Virus record (IMG/VR): IMGVR_UViG_3300025012_000083
Coordinates: 1,763-65,762 of that record
From: a virus
Taxonomy: Duplodnaviria; Caudoviricetes
Strand: one strand, 5' to 3'
Length of the DNA stretch: 64,000 nucleotides
This document shows, in pieces, positions 20,720-30,369 of the stretch. The notes under the pieces were generated by a model. That model worked only from the letters and a program-made list of their open reading frames with translations, had not been told where the DNA came from and did no database searches. Positions within the stretch are counted from its first letter, which is position 1; each line of letters opens with the position of its first letter. The position numbers and the translations under genes were made by a program.

Positions 20720-20977
20720 TTATTTTAAAATTTTATGTTTGTCTAATTCCCTTCTTAATAGGGATGTTGCTTTAGTTAATTTATTTAAATTAACCATTGC
20801 TTTATAATTTAAAAAATCATTAATTAATTTTTGAAATAATTCTGGTTTATTATTATTAATTTTAAAATAAACGCTTTCTTCTTTTTTCTCTGAACCAACT
20901 AATTGAAATTTGTAACTAACAAATAATGCAGCCAAATAAAAATCTTTTGTTTCAAAAATATTCATATTATCAATCAC
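20720..20977 (-). CDS. Small DUF5659-like protein
   Basis: FETKDFYLAALF N-terminal motif. Confidence 0.55.
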   Translation of the reverse strand: MIDNMNIFETKDFYLAALFVSYKFQLVGSEKKEESVYFKINNNKPELFQKLINDFLNYKAMVNLNKLTKATSLLRRELDKHKILK

Positions 20978-20992
20978 CTTTCATCATCTCAA

Positions 20993-21271
20993 TTATTTAA
21001 CTTTGGTTACTTCATACTTTGCTATTTCTGACCTTATGATTTTTGAGATTTGTTTTCTGTTTTTTGAGAAAGATAAAACATTTATATTTGCATTATCATT
21101 TATAAAATTGTTATAAAGATTAATTAATTCTTCTTTTTCTCCAGTAAAATGAACAAAAACTTTAATTCCATAATCTTTATCTTTTGTAATTTCAATGTTA
21201 TTATATTTATATCCTAATGTAATAAGATAAGATATAAAATTTGTATCACTATACCTAAAATTAACTTGCAT
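20993..21271 (-). CDS. Small DUF5659-like paralogue
   Basis: SDTNFISYLITLGY; size and layout similar to its neighbour. Confidence 0.5.
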   Translation of the reverse strand: MQVNFRYSDTNFISYLITLGYKYNNIEITKDKDYGIKVFVHFTGEKEELINLYNNFINDNANINVLSFSKNRKQISKIIRSEIAKYEVTKVK

Positions 21272-21414
21272 AATTAAATGCCTCCTTTAAATTTAAAATA
21301 TCAAATAAATTAAATAATCAAACCTAAATATTGAGCGTTAGCGAAATATTTAGAAAGAGGAACACGCTTGTTCCGATACACTTGCTCTCGTTGTGTGTTA
21401 TTATTTTTATTAAA

Positions 21415-21555
21415 TTATATCTCCACCCAATGCCCACAATCAGCACACCATAATATTGTCTTACCACAATAAAATTTCATCCAGAACCTATTTTTGAAGC
21501 ATATAGGGCATATTGTATTTTCGTTGATTGAATCATAAATATTAGTTTCTTTCAT
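21415..21555 (-). CDS. 46-aa zinc-ribbon peptide
   Basis: Not in ORF track: MKETNIYDSINENTICPICFKNRFWMKFYCGKTILWCADCGHWVEI, two CxxC pairs, upstream AGGAGG. Confidence 0.5.
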   Translation of the reverse strand: MKETNIYDSINENTICPICFKNRFWMKFYCGKTILWCADCGHWVEI

Positions 21556-21867
21556 TTTGTTTATTGTTTAATCCTCCTTATAGAGAATATACTATAAAAT
21601 ACAGTTTTTCTTGGATTGTTAAGTGATAGTTTTTATCTGGGATATACTATCAAACCCATTTAGTAAGTTATTGGGGAATCAACGGACTCCCCATATTTGA
21701 ATCAGCAATTTAAAATCTTCCCACTCGTGAAAGATATTTTTGTTAATAGAATAGAGAAGGGAGATATGGTAATTATGATAATATTATTTATCTCCCTTGT
21801 GTGACCACATCTAAATTTCTTTAGATGGACAATATAACGTGCCTAAAGCACAAACGACTTTTATATT

Positions 21868-22301
21868 ACTAACCAGAAAAGCAAGCAAAATAAGACTATT
21901 TTTCTTAATTAATTAATTATATTATCCATTTATTTATTAAAATCATCCTCTTGTTTCTAAGATAGTATCTTTTAAAATACTATATTTTTAATATTTGTTC
22001 TTCTAGTTAAGGATTGTTAATCCTAAAATTTATTTATGGCATGATTAGCGAAACGATTGTCGTATTTGCGTAATAATGAGACTAATGTTATATAGAATTT
22101 ACGAATAATGATTTTGTGTTTTGCGAAGCGGATTAGCGATTTTTCTTTTACTGTTAAGTAAAACCTGCTTGTTTATCAGTTTCAAATGTTTGAGAAATAT
22201 GTAAAGTTAAACTTACACAATCTTGCATTATTTGATATGTCTTATCTGTTTATATCACAGATTAGCTTTAAATAGTCTATCTTGCTTTGCTTCTGGCTAG
22301 T
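21868..22301 (-). ncRNA. Candidate ~430-nt structured ncRNA downstream of the 229-aa gene
   Basis: ACUAGCCAGAAGCAAAGCAAGAUAGACUAUU (22301-22271) pairs with AAUAGUCUUAUUUUGCUUGCUUUUCUGGUUAGU (21900-21868) with G-U wobbles on the minus strand; internal hairpins and short repeats; no ORF. Confidence 0.6.
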
Positions 22302-22365
22302 TTTTTAATAAGGGAAGTGTGGTTAGGCAATCCTCTTATTAACTGTCTTGGTTAAGATTCTTAGA

Positions 22366-23055
22366 TTAACTTTCTAAAGATGATAAATATTTCCCTACAA
22401 TATCAGCAGTTGAATCATGAATACTATAAGGAAATTCATACTCAACAATTTCTTCCATCATAGCTTTTTCAATAGAAATACTGAGTTTGTCAGCTTTTGC
22501 TAGTAATGCTTTGTAATTATCACTAACAATATTCCTATCAAAATTAATTGTTTTTGTAACTACTACATCATATCGATATGACGTTTCATTACCTTCTAGA
22601 TTAAATTTGAAGCCATTTTTCTGTGTCTTTTGTTCATCTGTCTTTATATTGATAAGACTATTTAATACATTAGCTAAATTCCTAGATTGTTTTGCATTTG
22701 ATATAGCAGAATCTAAACTAAGATTATTATTATCCTTAGTTTCAATTATTATATCTCTTTTAGCTATTTCTACTGAAATTTCTAATTTTGTCTTTTCTGC
22801 AATTAGATTTTGCACAAGATTAATGATATCAACTGTTGAAGCATCAGGATATTCTCTAATGGTAGTAGTATCTAGTTCCTCATTTTGTGCTTCTGGATTT
22901 GATTTTTCTTTAAAGTGTGATTCAATTACAGAAATAGAATTGTTTTTATTAGAAAGATAAGATGTTAGAGATGAAATAGTTTTATCAATATAAACCAATG
23001 TGCGAAAGGACTCTTTTAGTGAAATTGCGGATTGTGTATTTTGTGAATTAGACAT
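22366..23055 (-). CDS. Conserved helical/coiled-coil protein of unknown function
   Basis: 229 aa; SLKESFR start and GFKFNLEGNETSY...TINFDR motif. Confidence 0.75.
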   Translation of the reverse strand: MSNSQNTQSAISLKESFRTLVYIDKTISSLTSYLSNKNNSISVIESHFKEKSNPEAQNEELDTTTIREYPDASTVDIINLVQNLIAEKTKLEISVEIAKRDIIIETKDNNNLSLDSAISNAKQSRNLANVLNSLINIKTDEQKTQKNGFKFNLEGNETSYRYDVVVTKTINFDRNIVSDNYKALLAKADKLSISIEKAMMEEIVEYEFPYSIHDSTADIVGKYLSSLES

Positions 23056-23119
23056 ATTTGTTATTTCCTTCTTTCAATTGTTAATTTTATTTTTTGTTAG
23101 AGTAATTAACTCAATTATT

Positions 23120-23635
23120 ATTATGAAGGAATTAGTAGCTTGAGCAGATCATATTTTTCAATATAATCTTACATAATTCCTTCACAATACAAGCAAAAAT
23201 GCATCCATAAACCTCATACTCTTTATCAGAGCAATGCCTGTCTTTCAAGGTCTTACTAACTTATGCACATGATTTTAGGGAAGGTTCGCAATTGCACTAG
23301 CGTTGACCTAATTTTATCAAACCCTAAAATAAGTTTTTATTGTTGCTGTTTTGGTTTATGCAATTTCCAAAAATCATCACCACAACAATTTATAGAGGGA
23401 AATAAAAGATTGCTCTCATGAGCATGTAATAGATGATATCAGACCACAATAGTAAGGCGGTGTATCTTACATCTCAGATACTCTTTCGAGTGCGTCAGGA
23501 ACCATTTCTGACCTTATTGTAGTTAATTAAGGTAACTGCCAATGAATCGCCAAACTCACCATATCTGTAAGAGATATTTAATCTCTAGAAATATCCTGCA
23601 ATTAAACCATCACCTATCTGAGTGATATCACTTTT
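23120..23635 (-). ncRNA. Candidate multi-domain structured RNA(s)
   Basis: ORF-free, dense nested stems, ACUC-GAAA-GAGU tetraloop, possible pseudoknot CUCAGAU/AUCUGAG. Confidence 0.45.
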
Positions 23636-23639
23636 TATC

Positions 23640-23825
23640 TTACTCTTCTTCTTCAGTATCCTCAGATTCCCCATCTAAAGACAAATACTGATCACAACCA
23701 TTGATTGTAATATCTAAAATTCCAGCTTGCTTTTTTGTACCTTCTAGTTTATATAGTTTAGTTGACCATTCACATACACTAGCTTTTACACAAGATTCAC
23801 AGAATTGATTATTTAAATTAGCCAT
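23640..23825 (-). CDS. Small Cys-containing acidic protein
   Basis: 61 aa, CESC...C...C, RBS present. Confidence 0.55.
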   Translation of the reverse strand: MANLNNQFCESCVKASVCEWSTKLYKLEGTKKQAGILDITINGCDQYLSLDGESEDTEEEE

Positions 23826-23952
23826 ATATTAATAAATTCCACCCTTTATATTTTTTTATTTATTATTAGTCTTCATCCCGACTTACGTAAATAATTGTAT
23901 TGTGCTACCATGTCTGTTCAGGACTTATATAGTAGCACAAAAATTTATATAT

Positions 23953-24237
23953 TTATTGCTTAACTAAATCTGCAAACTCTTTACCAACCTTAAATCCAAC
24001 CCTAAATGAATCTTCGGAAGTCCAAGTTTCACCTTTACGATCTCCGAATCGAATAATTCCAGTTGTCCCTTTAGTTGGTTTCTTCTCAAAGTTACCAAAA
24101 TTAACGATTTTCACAGGTTCTCCAGTTGCTACAGTTTCTTTAATTACATCCAATACAGCATTAATTGCTTTTTCAGCGTCTTTTTTTGACATTTCACCTT
24201 TTAAACTTACTGCTGTAACCATTTCATTTTTCGTCAT
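23953..24237 (-). CDS. hup: HU-family DNA-binding protein
   Basis: MTKNEMV...SKKDAEKAI...GEPVKIVNFGNF...FKVGKEF. Confidence 0.9.
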   Translation of the reverse strand: MTKNEMVTAVSLKGEMSKKDAEKAINAVLDVIKETVATGEPVKIVNFGNFEKKPTKGTTGIIRFGDRKGETWTSEDSFRVGFKVGKEFADLVKQ

Positions 24238-24342
24238 GTTTTAATATATCCCCTTTTTATTCTTTAATAGTATCTGCGTACTTTTAGTACCAGACCTGTG
24301 TTTTTCAATTTGTTATTGTTATTTATTTTTGTTTTATTTAAT

Positions 24343-25584
24343 CTAAATTTGTTGTGCAATTTCACACATAGGACTTCTATACGTATTCTTTAACTTCACA
24401 CATGAAAAATACTTTGTGTCCTTAAATACTTCTATTGCTCTTTGCATACCATTATCTCTAGGATTTGTACTCTTTAAATCTCTTTGCTCAAACATATCCC
24501 CCTCAATAATAATTTTACATTTAGCACGTTGAATAATTGTTCTCATAGTATAAGCATCAATATTCTGTGCCTCAGTAACAAAAATACAATCCTTCTCAGA
24601 TATCTCAATTCCTCTAATTTCAGAAGTAGGAATCAATAATAATTTACCTTCTTCAATTAAATCTTCTACAGCAGACATAGCACCAAATTTACTTGACAAA
24701 ATGCCACCTAAACTAGATTGAAGTAGTTTATCATCTCTTGAACCAGGATAATATCCTTGCATTTGACTATTCTTTAAAGGAACAGAATTGAATATTATTA
24801 CACACTTATCTATCTCTCCACTGTGAATATTTTGCATTATCCAACTCAAAGATAATAAACTTTTAGCACTTCCTGCTACTCCAAATAATAGTGTAAATAC
24901 TGTACTATCCAATGAGTCCATTGCAATTATCTGATATGGATCTTTTGGTGTAAATTTATCAAGATATATAGAATTTATTGTTTTCTCTTTTAAAGAAATA
25001 AATCCTTTCTCTGTATTCCATCTTTGTTGATCTACAATTATACCACTTTCATCTTCTATTAATAAATATTCATTATTAAGAAGTCCAAAAATATTGATTG
25101 GATTAGATTTATGATTTTTTATTTCTTGTTGAGACATCTTAACTGTCTTATAACCCTTGTAATCAAACTTTTCTTCTTTAAACTCAAACATATCACAAGG
25201 AATTCCAAATGCTTTTGCCTTAATATAAAGATTAAGATCATCAGTCAAGAACAAAAAATCATTATCTTCTTGATATGCTTGGAAGGAGAAGCCTAAGATA
25301 AAGTTATCTGACTTATGTGTAAGAAACTTATTTTCGAATGAAAAATCATAAAATGTTAAAATATCTAAATTAGTTGCATTTTTAATTTTTCTTGTTGCAT
25401 CTCTAGCTTGATATCCAACTTCTGTTGAGCGTTTCAAACCATCAATTTCTTCAATGCAGACTATACAAGTGATTACTTTGTCATAATCTTCAAATCTGAA
25501 TGATGGGTTTAATAAAACGTTTGTATCAACAAATATTCTTCTGTTAGATGCATTTGAATTAATATATGATGGTTTATCGGGCAA
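24343..25584 (-). CDS. phoH: PIN-domain PhoH-family ATPase
   Basis: FVDTNVLL PIN start; GVAGSAKS P-loop, EIRG, EAQN and EGD..Q.D PhoH motifs. Confidence 0.85.
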   Translation of the reverse strand: MPDKPSYINSNASNRRIFVDTNVLLNPSFRFEDYDKVITCIVCIEEIDGLKRSTEVGYQARDATRKIKNATNLDILTFYDFSFENKFLTHKSDNFILGFSFQAYQEDNDFLFLTDDLNLYIKAKAFGIPCDMFEFKEEKFDYKGYKTVKMSQQEIKNHKSNPINIFGLLNNEYLLIEDESGIIVDQQRWNTEKGFISLKEKTINSIYLDKFTPKDPYQIIAMDSLDSTVFTLLFGVAGSAKSLLSLSWIMQNIHSGEIDKCVIIFNSVPLKNSQMQGYYPGSRDDKLLQSSLGGILSSKFGAMSAVEDLIEEGKLLLIPTSEIRGIEISEKDCIFVTEAQNIDAYTMRTIIQRAKCKIIIEGDMFEQRDLKSTNPRDNGMQRAIEVFKDTKYFSCVKLKNTYRSPMCEIAQQI

Positions 25585-25624
25585 TATAAACCAGATCCTT
25601 TGCTATTTATTTTACTGTGATTTA

Positions 25625-25882
25625 TCATGAGACACTATCCATACTACCATTAAACAAATATCTCTGATTATCTTTTACATCAGTAATAGTCTGTTTATTT
25701 TTATCATTTTGCTTTAATCTGAGCAAATAATTATAGTATGGGTCTGTAATATAGCGTTGTTTGCGAGTTCCACTACTGAATTTACCTATTACTACTAGAT
25801 TATCTCCATAGTTGCCGTGGTATTGCTTTAGGATATTTAGATTAATTAGATATGACATTTCTTGTTTGCTGATTTTTTCCAA
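25625..25882 (-). CDS. Hypothetical protein
   Basis: 85-aa ORF. Confidence 0.55.
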   Translation of the reverse strand: MEKISKQEMSYLINLNILKQYHGNYGDNLVVIGKFSSGTRKQRYITDPYYNYLLRLKQNDKNKQTITDVKDNQRYLFNGSMDSVS

Positions 25883-26145
25883 TGTTTTGTTATTGATGCT
25901 CCTTTTGGTTTGGAGTTTTTGTTAATTTTTGTTGTTTATATATTTTAATCGTGATCGACCACACGATTAAATACTGATGTAAGGGTATCATACCTCTTAG
26001 ATTTGTATATTAGCCTATGTTTCCCTAATAGTAGGTATTTTGAAAACAGTACTTATCCTTACTCCTGCAAGGGTTTCAGCAATTTGTAATATTTATTTAT
26101 TATTTTGCAAACCTTGAAACCCTTGTGAGAGTAGGGTTTTAGGGA

Positions 26146-28752
26146 TTAGCTAACTGGTAAAGTATTTTTCTTATGATAGTACCTTAATGCCTTTTCTCTA
26201 TTTTGTTGTTCACGAATACTTTTCCAACATTCATTACAATATTTAGTTTGATTATTAATAGTCTGTTCAATCCTTTCTCCGCAAACTTCACAAAGCATAG
26301 AATTTTCTGCAATATTTTTATTTAAATTCTCAATAATTACATCTCCAAAACACTCCCATAACGTAGTTTTATAATTAGCCTTTTTATGTATATATAAATA
26401 TTCAACTAGCACATCAACCACATAATTTACATCACTATTTATTTTAAGTATCTCATTTCTAATTTCTTTGTATAAATATACTGAATTTCCTGCTTCATCA
26501 TTAGATACCTTTGTAATCATAAAATGATTTTTTAAATCTAATTCAGTATATTTTTTAATTATCTCATCATTTTGTTCTATTTTTTTATTATTCATAAGCA
26601 TCTTGTAATTAAATTTTCCTAAATTCAGTGCATTGTAATTAATATTAGGATTTGGAATAATCTTTTCAAGTTTATTTACTACACTATTATTGATTTTCTC
26701 TACTTTATCTTTTTCTTTATCTTTGGCATATATAAAAAAATGAGGTGTTTTTGATTTAGTGTAACCACTAATTAATTTATGTTTGTCATCTGGTCTTTCT
26801 GGTTTATATAGCGTTTTAGCAAAATCAATGACAAAGTTTGATTCCATACATAGAAGTTTAATTGCATCTAGATTTACATTTTCACTATTCCATATCTTTG
26901 TAATATTGTTACTCACCATTCCAATATTTCCACCAGTATAAGCAGTTTTCAAACCATTATAAATACTATTGTTAGTAATTAATTCTGCTGATGCTTTTCT
27001 CATGTTATAATATAAGGGAACAATGTCTATCATATTGCGTTCTGCAACCTCAATCAGTGTGTGATCTGCTACTACTAAACTTTTGTCTCCATCCCAATCA
27101 TTTTGTAAAATCTTAGATATTAAATCATGACATGAATTATATAATCCTTTCGTGATAAACCATTTGCACTTTTCTTCCTCTATTGTATTATTTCTAACTG
27201 CCCACTCTCTATAAAGATGCGGTGATCTTAAACATGCTAATTTTGGTTTATCTTTATATAGATTACAATAAACTTCACCGTCATTTAATAAACCTTTTGG
27301 ATTTAATTCTCCTTTTATTAAATACTCACAAAAAGCATACATATCAGGAATTATGAATGTGTACTTACCATTAACATCTAATTTTCCTGCTCTAGCATTT
27401 TTAACCATACTTTTTTTCACTTGTTTTAATATTTCTTTACTATATGTATCATTTAATAATTCAGGATAAATTACCAATGCTTGTTGAATATAATTCTTGT
27501 TCACATTTGTTTTAGTAACTCCTAAAACTTTCAGCATTGTTTTTCTATCCTTACCTATGTTTACAATATTGTTCTTAGTTTGTTTTGCGACTTCCTCTAA
27601 TTCTTCATCAGACATACATGTAAGCGTCTGCAATGTTTGATAATTAATTTTTGCATTTCCTATAATATCTTCCTCTTCATTACACATTCCTGCTTGGCAA
27701 TTATATTTTTTATAATTTTCTACATATTGCTCCCAACTTTCAAAATACTTATACATCTTGAATTGACTTTTACAAAAGATAACCTCTATTTTTTCTTTTA
27801 AAATATCATGTTCTACGCCATAAATATCTTTTACTATACCATATTTCTTCCCGTCTTCGTTTTTATTTGCTTCTCTTATGAATTTATCGAAAGGGAAGGG
27901 GGTAATTAACCCCTTCACCCAAGGCAAGCGAATCATTGTACTCTTTCTTGTTTTACTAGGCAATATCATCCCAATACCATCCGTATGAGAAATTGGTACA
28001 TCCATTTTCTTTCTATTTATAGAATAAGTTTCATCATCTATAAGATCGACAGTTCCATTAACCATAGATTCAAAATCTTCTACTACAATTGACTTATCAA
28101 TATTAAATCCTTGCCATATATCTGTCGCAGAATTTGAAAGAGCTAGATAACTCAAATATTTATTTATATTTGCCCCACCAAGTTTATTAATAATATCAAT
28201 TGTCAATCCACACATTAAAGTATTTTGATGTTTACGTAGTGAACTTTCCTTAATAAATACTGTCTTTTTTGTGCGAATTTGTCCAGCACTTGCTGTCAAA
28301 CAAACATATTTTTCATTTCCATACATATACCCATCTAATATTATATCCTCGATTACATCAAAGAAAAATGTTTGTACAATCATAATATCAGTTGATAACG
28401 TATTTTCTGGAATCTGCATTGTTCTAGTTAATACAGAATCAAATATTGAAATTATATTTCTCTTGTTTAGTGATTCTGGTCTCAAATTTCTTATTCCTGT
28501 ATTTTTATTAAACTCGATATACAGTTTATCTTTCAGTTTCTTTATCATTTTATTGGCGTTTGACATATGTTTAGTATAATATTTACTCAATTCTTTATTT
28601 TCTTTTTTGCCTTTTAGTTTTTTTCTTTTTTTATTTAATTCAAATTTATATTTATATAATCTACCCAAATATTTATGTATTCTTGCTTCATCTTTATTGT
28701 AGAATGAGCTTGTATCAACAGAGTAGATATGTACTTGTTTATTAAGATTTAT
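26146..28752 (-). CDS. yonO: YonO-like single-subunit (double-psi beta-barrel) RNA polymerase
   Basis: Catalytic NDWDGD (DxDGD), RSPH, SAGQIR and TDG motifs; frame stays open 28 codons upstream of the tracked start to an ATA at 28752 with GAGGAG RBS (INLNKQVHIYSVDTSSFY). Confidence 0.85.
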   Translation of the reverse strand: MNLNKQVHIYSVDTSSFYNKDEARIHKYLGRLYKYKFELNKKRKKLKGKKENKELSKYYTKHMSNANKMIKKLKDKLYIEFNKNTGIRNLRPESLNKRNIISIFDSVLTRTMQIPENTLSTDIMIVQTFFFDVIEDIILDGYMYGNEKYVCLTASAGQIRTKKTVFIKESSLRKHQNTLMCGLTIDIINKLGGANINKYLSYLALSNSATDIWQGFNIDKSIVVEDFESMVNGTVDLIDDETYSINRKKMDVPISHTDGIGMILPSKTRKSTMIRLPWVKGLITPFPFDKFIREANKNEDGKKYGIVKDIYGVEHDILKEKIEVIFCKSQFKMYKYFESWEQYVENYKKYNCQAGMCNEEEDIIGNAKINYQTLQTLTCMSDEELEEVAKQTKNNIVNIGKDRKTMLKVLGVTKTNVNKNYIQQALVIYPELLNDTYSKEILKQVKKSMVKNARAGKLDVNGKYTFIIPDMYAFCEYLIKGELNPKGLLNDGEVYCNLYKDKPKLACLRSPHLYREWAVRNNTIEEEKCKWFITKGLYNSCHDLISKILQNDWDGDKSLVVADHTLIEVAERNMIDIVPLYYNMRKASAELITNNSIYNGLKTAYTGGNIGMVSNNITKIWNSENVNLDAIKLLCMESNFVIDFAKTLYKPERPDDKHKLISGYTKSKTPHFFIYAKDKEKDKVEKINNSVVNKLEKIIPNPNINYNALNLGKFNYKMLMNNKKIEQNDEIIKKYTELDLKNHFMITKVSNDEAGNSVYLYKEIRNEILKINSDVNYVVDVLVEYLYIHKKANYKTTLWECFGDVIIENLNKNIAENSMLCEVCGERIEQTINNQTKYCNECWKSIREQQNREKALRYYHKKNTLPVS

Positions 28753-28775
28753 GACAATCTCTCCTCTACATTATT

Positions 28776-29774
28776 TTATTTTTTAATTATAGAATTAAGG
28801 AACTCATTCAAATTTGTATGTATGTAATTATAATACCAATCTTTATCTTGAAATATTTTTCTGCCATTATAGTAGTCAAGTCTAAACAAAGGTATATTAT
28901 TATCTTCACAATATTTATCTTTAATATGATCTCTTTCTCTTGCCCTTACTCTTCTTGGTTGTGTATGATTATATCTATGTTCTTCATCATCTATTTCTAC
29001 TAATCCTAGTAATTTATTATCATCATCTAATATCCCAAAATCATATTTTAAGTGTTCACCATTTTCACCCATTAAATCATCAAAAGTATATTGTACTCTA
29101 ATATTATGATTAGGATAATTATCTATTAAATAATCATAAGGAACTTTTTCAGAATAAGGTAGGTTGCAAATTGGACACCACCTACCTTTCCTAAGATTTA
29201 AAGGCATTATATCCCAAATATAATTATGCTCATTACATTTTACTGACAAATGTATTCCTGCACCTTCATATGTACCTAACAATGTTCCATTTTTACTATT
29301 TACTATGTCTTCCATTTCTTTTTGAAATTCTCCAGTTCGTCCATAGCAAGCAGGACACCATTGAGGTTTATTCAGTAAACTATCTGCATTACTAAAGAAG
29401 TTTGGGTGTCCATCTACTTTACAATCTACTTCATATAAATCTTTTGCTATAGTCCATTCTGTGCTTATTAGTTCACCTCCCATCGACCTACAATATTCCT
29501 GTAATCTTTTATATTGATAAGTTTTATCTTTTATTGCTAGAGTTGCTTTTAAACTCTTCAATTCTATATCACATTTTTTACAAGGTTGAAAACATTTTGC
29601 TAATACATTTTTAGCATTTAAAGTTTTATATGTATCGCCATGTTTTTCACAATGATAGACAAAATCTATTGGTTCTGTACCTCCTAGATATTCACTTAAT
29701 ATTTCTACTTTATCACCACGTTTTGCGAATACTTTCTGCTTATATGTGTCTGTGCTTTGTAATTTTACTCCCAA
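28776..29774 (-). CDS. Free-standing endonuclease (Zn-ribbon repeats plus PD-(D/E)XK-like domain)
   Basis: WCPAC and WCPIC repeats; QYTFDDL...YDF...VEIDDEEH...KDKYC. Confidence 0.7.
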   Translation of the reverse strand: MGVKLQSTDTYKQKVFAKRGDKVEILSEYLGGTEPIDFVYHCEKHGDTYKTLNAKNVLAKCFQPCKKCDIELKSLKATLAIKDKTYQYKRLQEYCRSMGGELISTEWTIAKDLYEVDCKVDGHPNFFSNADSLLNKPQWCPACYGRTGEFQKEMEDIVNSKNGTLLGTYEGAGIHLSVKCNEHNYIWDIMPLNLRKGRWCPICNLPYSEKVPYDYLIDNYPNHNIRVQYTFDDLMGENGEHLKYDFGILDDDNKLLGLVEIDDEEHRYNHTQPRRVRARERDHIKDKYCEDNNIPLFRLDYYNGRKIFQDKDWYYNYIHTNLNEFLNSIIKK

Positions 29775-29883
29775 TTAATTTATTCCTCCTATTTTATTTT
29801 TATTATTATAATATTTATTTATTAATTTAATGGAAAGGGAGTTTTACACTCCCTACTTCTTATCCTCTACCATCCAAAAACCT

Positions 29884-30327
29884 CTAACAATCCATAATCA
29901 AATCCTGAATCATATCATACAATTCATTCTTCTTAACACCATAAATTACATCACTTTTCTGACTAACCATTCCTTGTATCCACTCAAATACACTTCTACT
30001 CACAAATTTACCATCAATATAAAATGGTTTATGTCCTTTATACTCAAATACAGCACCAATGCTTTCTACTCTATCTTCATTTAATTTCTCATTTTTATAT
30101 TTATACTGATTAAATTTAACCTCTACCCATAGCTCACTTCTCATTTCATCTTTAAAACACCTCATACCTTCGTCCATATATTCTTGATATTCCACAGATA
30201 CTTCTGTTTGTCTTGATGCTATTACTCCTAATTTTTCTTCAATAAATTCTTCTATTCTTTCTGTAAGATCAATTTCTAATTCATCTAAATCAAATTCTGT
30301 AATAATAAAATTCTTATCAATGCTCAT
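29884..30327 (-). CDS. Hypothetical acidic protein
   Basis: 147-aa ORF with AGGAG RBS. Confidence 0.6.
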   Translation of the reverse strand: MSIDKNFIITEFDLDELEIDLTERIEEFIEEKLGVIASRQTEVSVEYQEYMDEGMRCFKDEMRSELWVEVKFNQYKYKNEKLNEDRVESIGAVFEYKGHKPFYIDGKFVSRSVFEWIQGMVSQKSDVIYGVKKNELYDMIQDLIMDC

Positions 30328-30369
30328 TTTTATTTCTCCTTCTTGCTATTGGTAGCAACCCATAATTTA

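Noticed and set aside
21868-22301. Retron msr-msd suggested by the long terminal inverted repeat
   Set aside because: No reverse transcriptase (YxDD) gene nearby or anywhere in the window.
23120-23635. tRNA, tmRNA or group I intron
   Set aside because: No cloverleaf or T-loop consensus, no tag ORF, no recognisable P7 core, and no interrupted gene.
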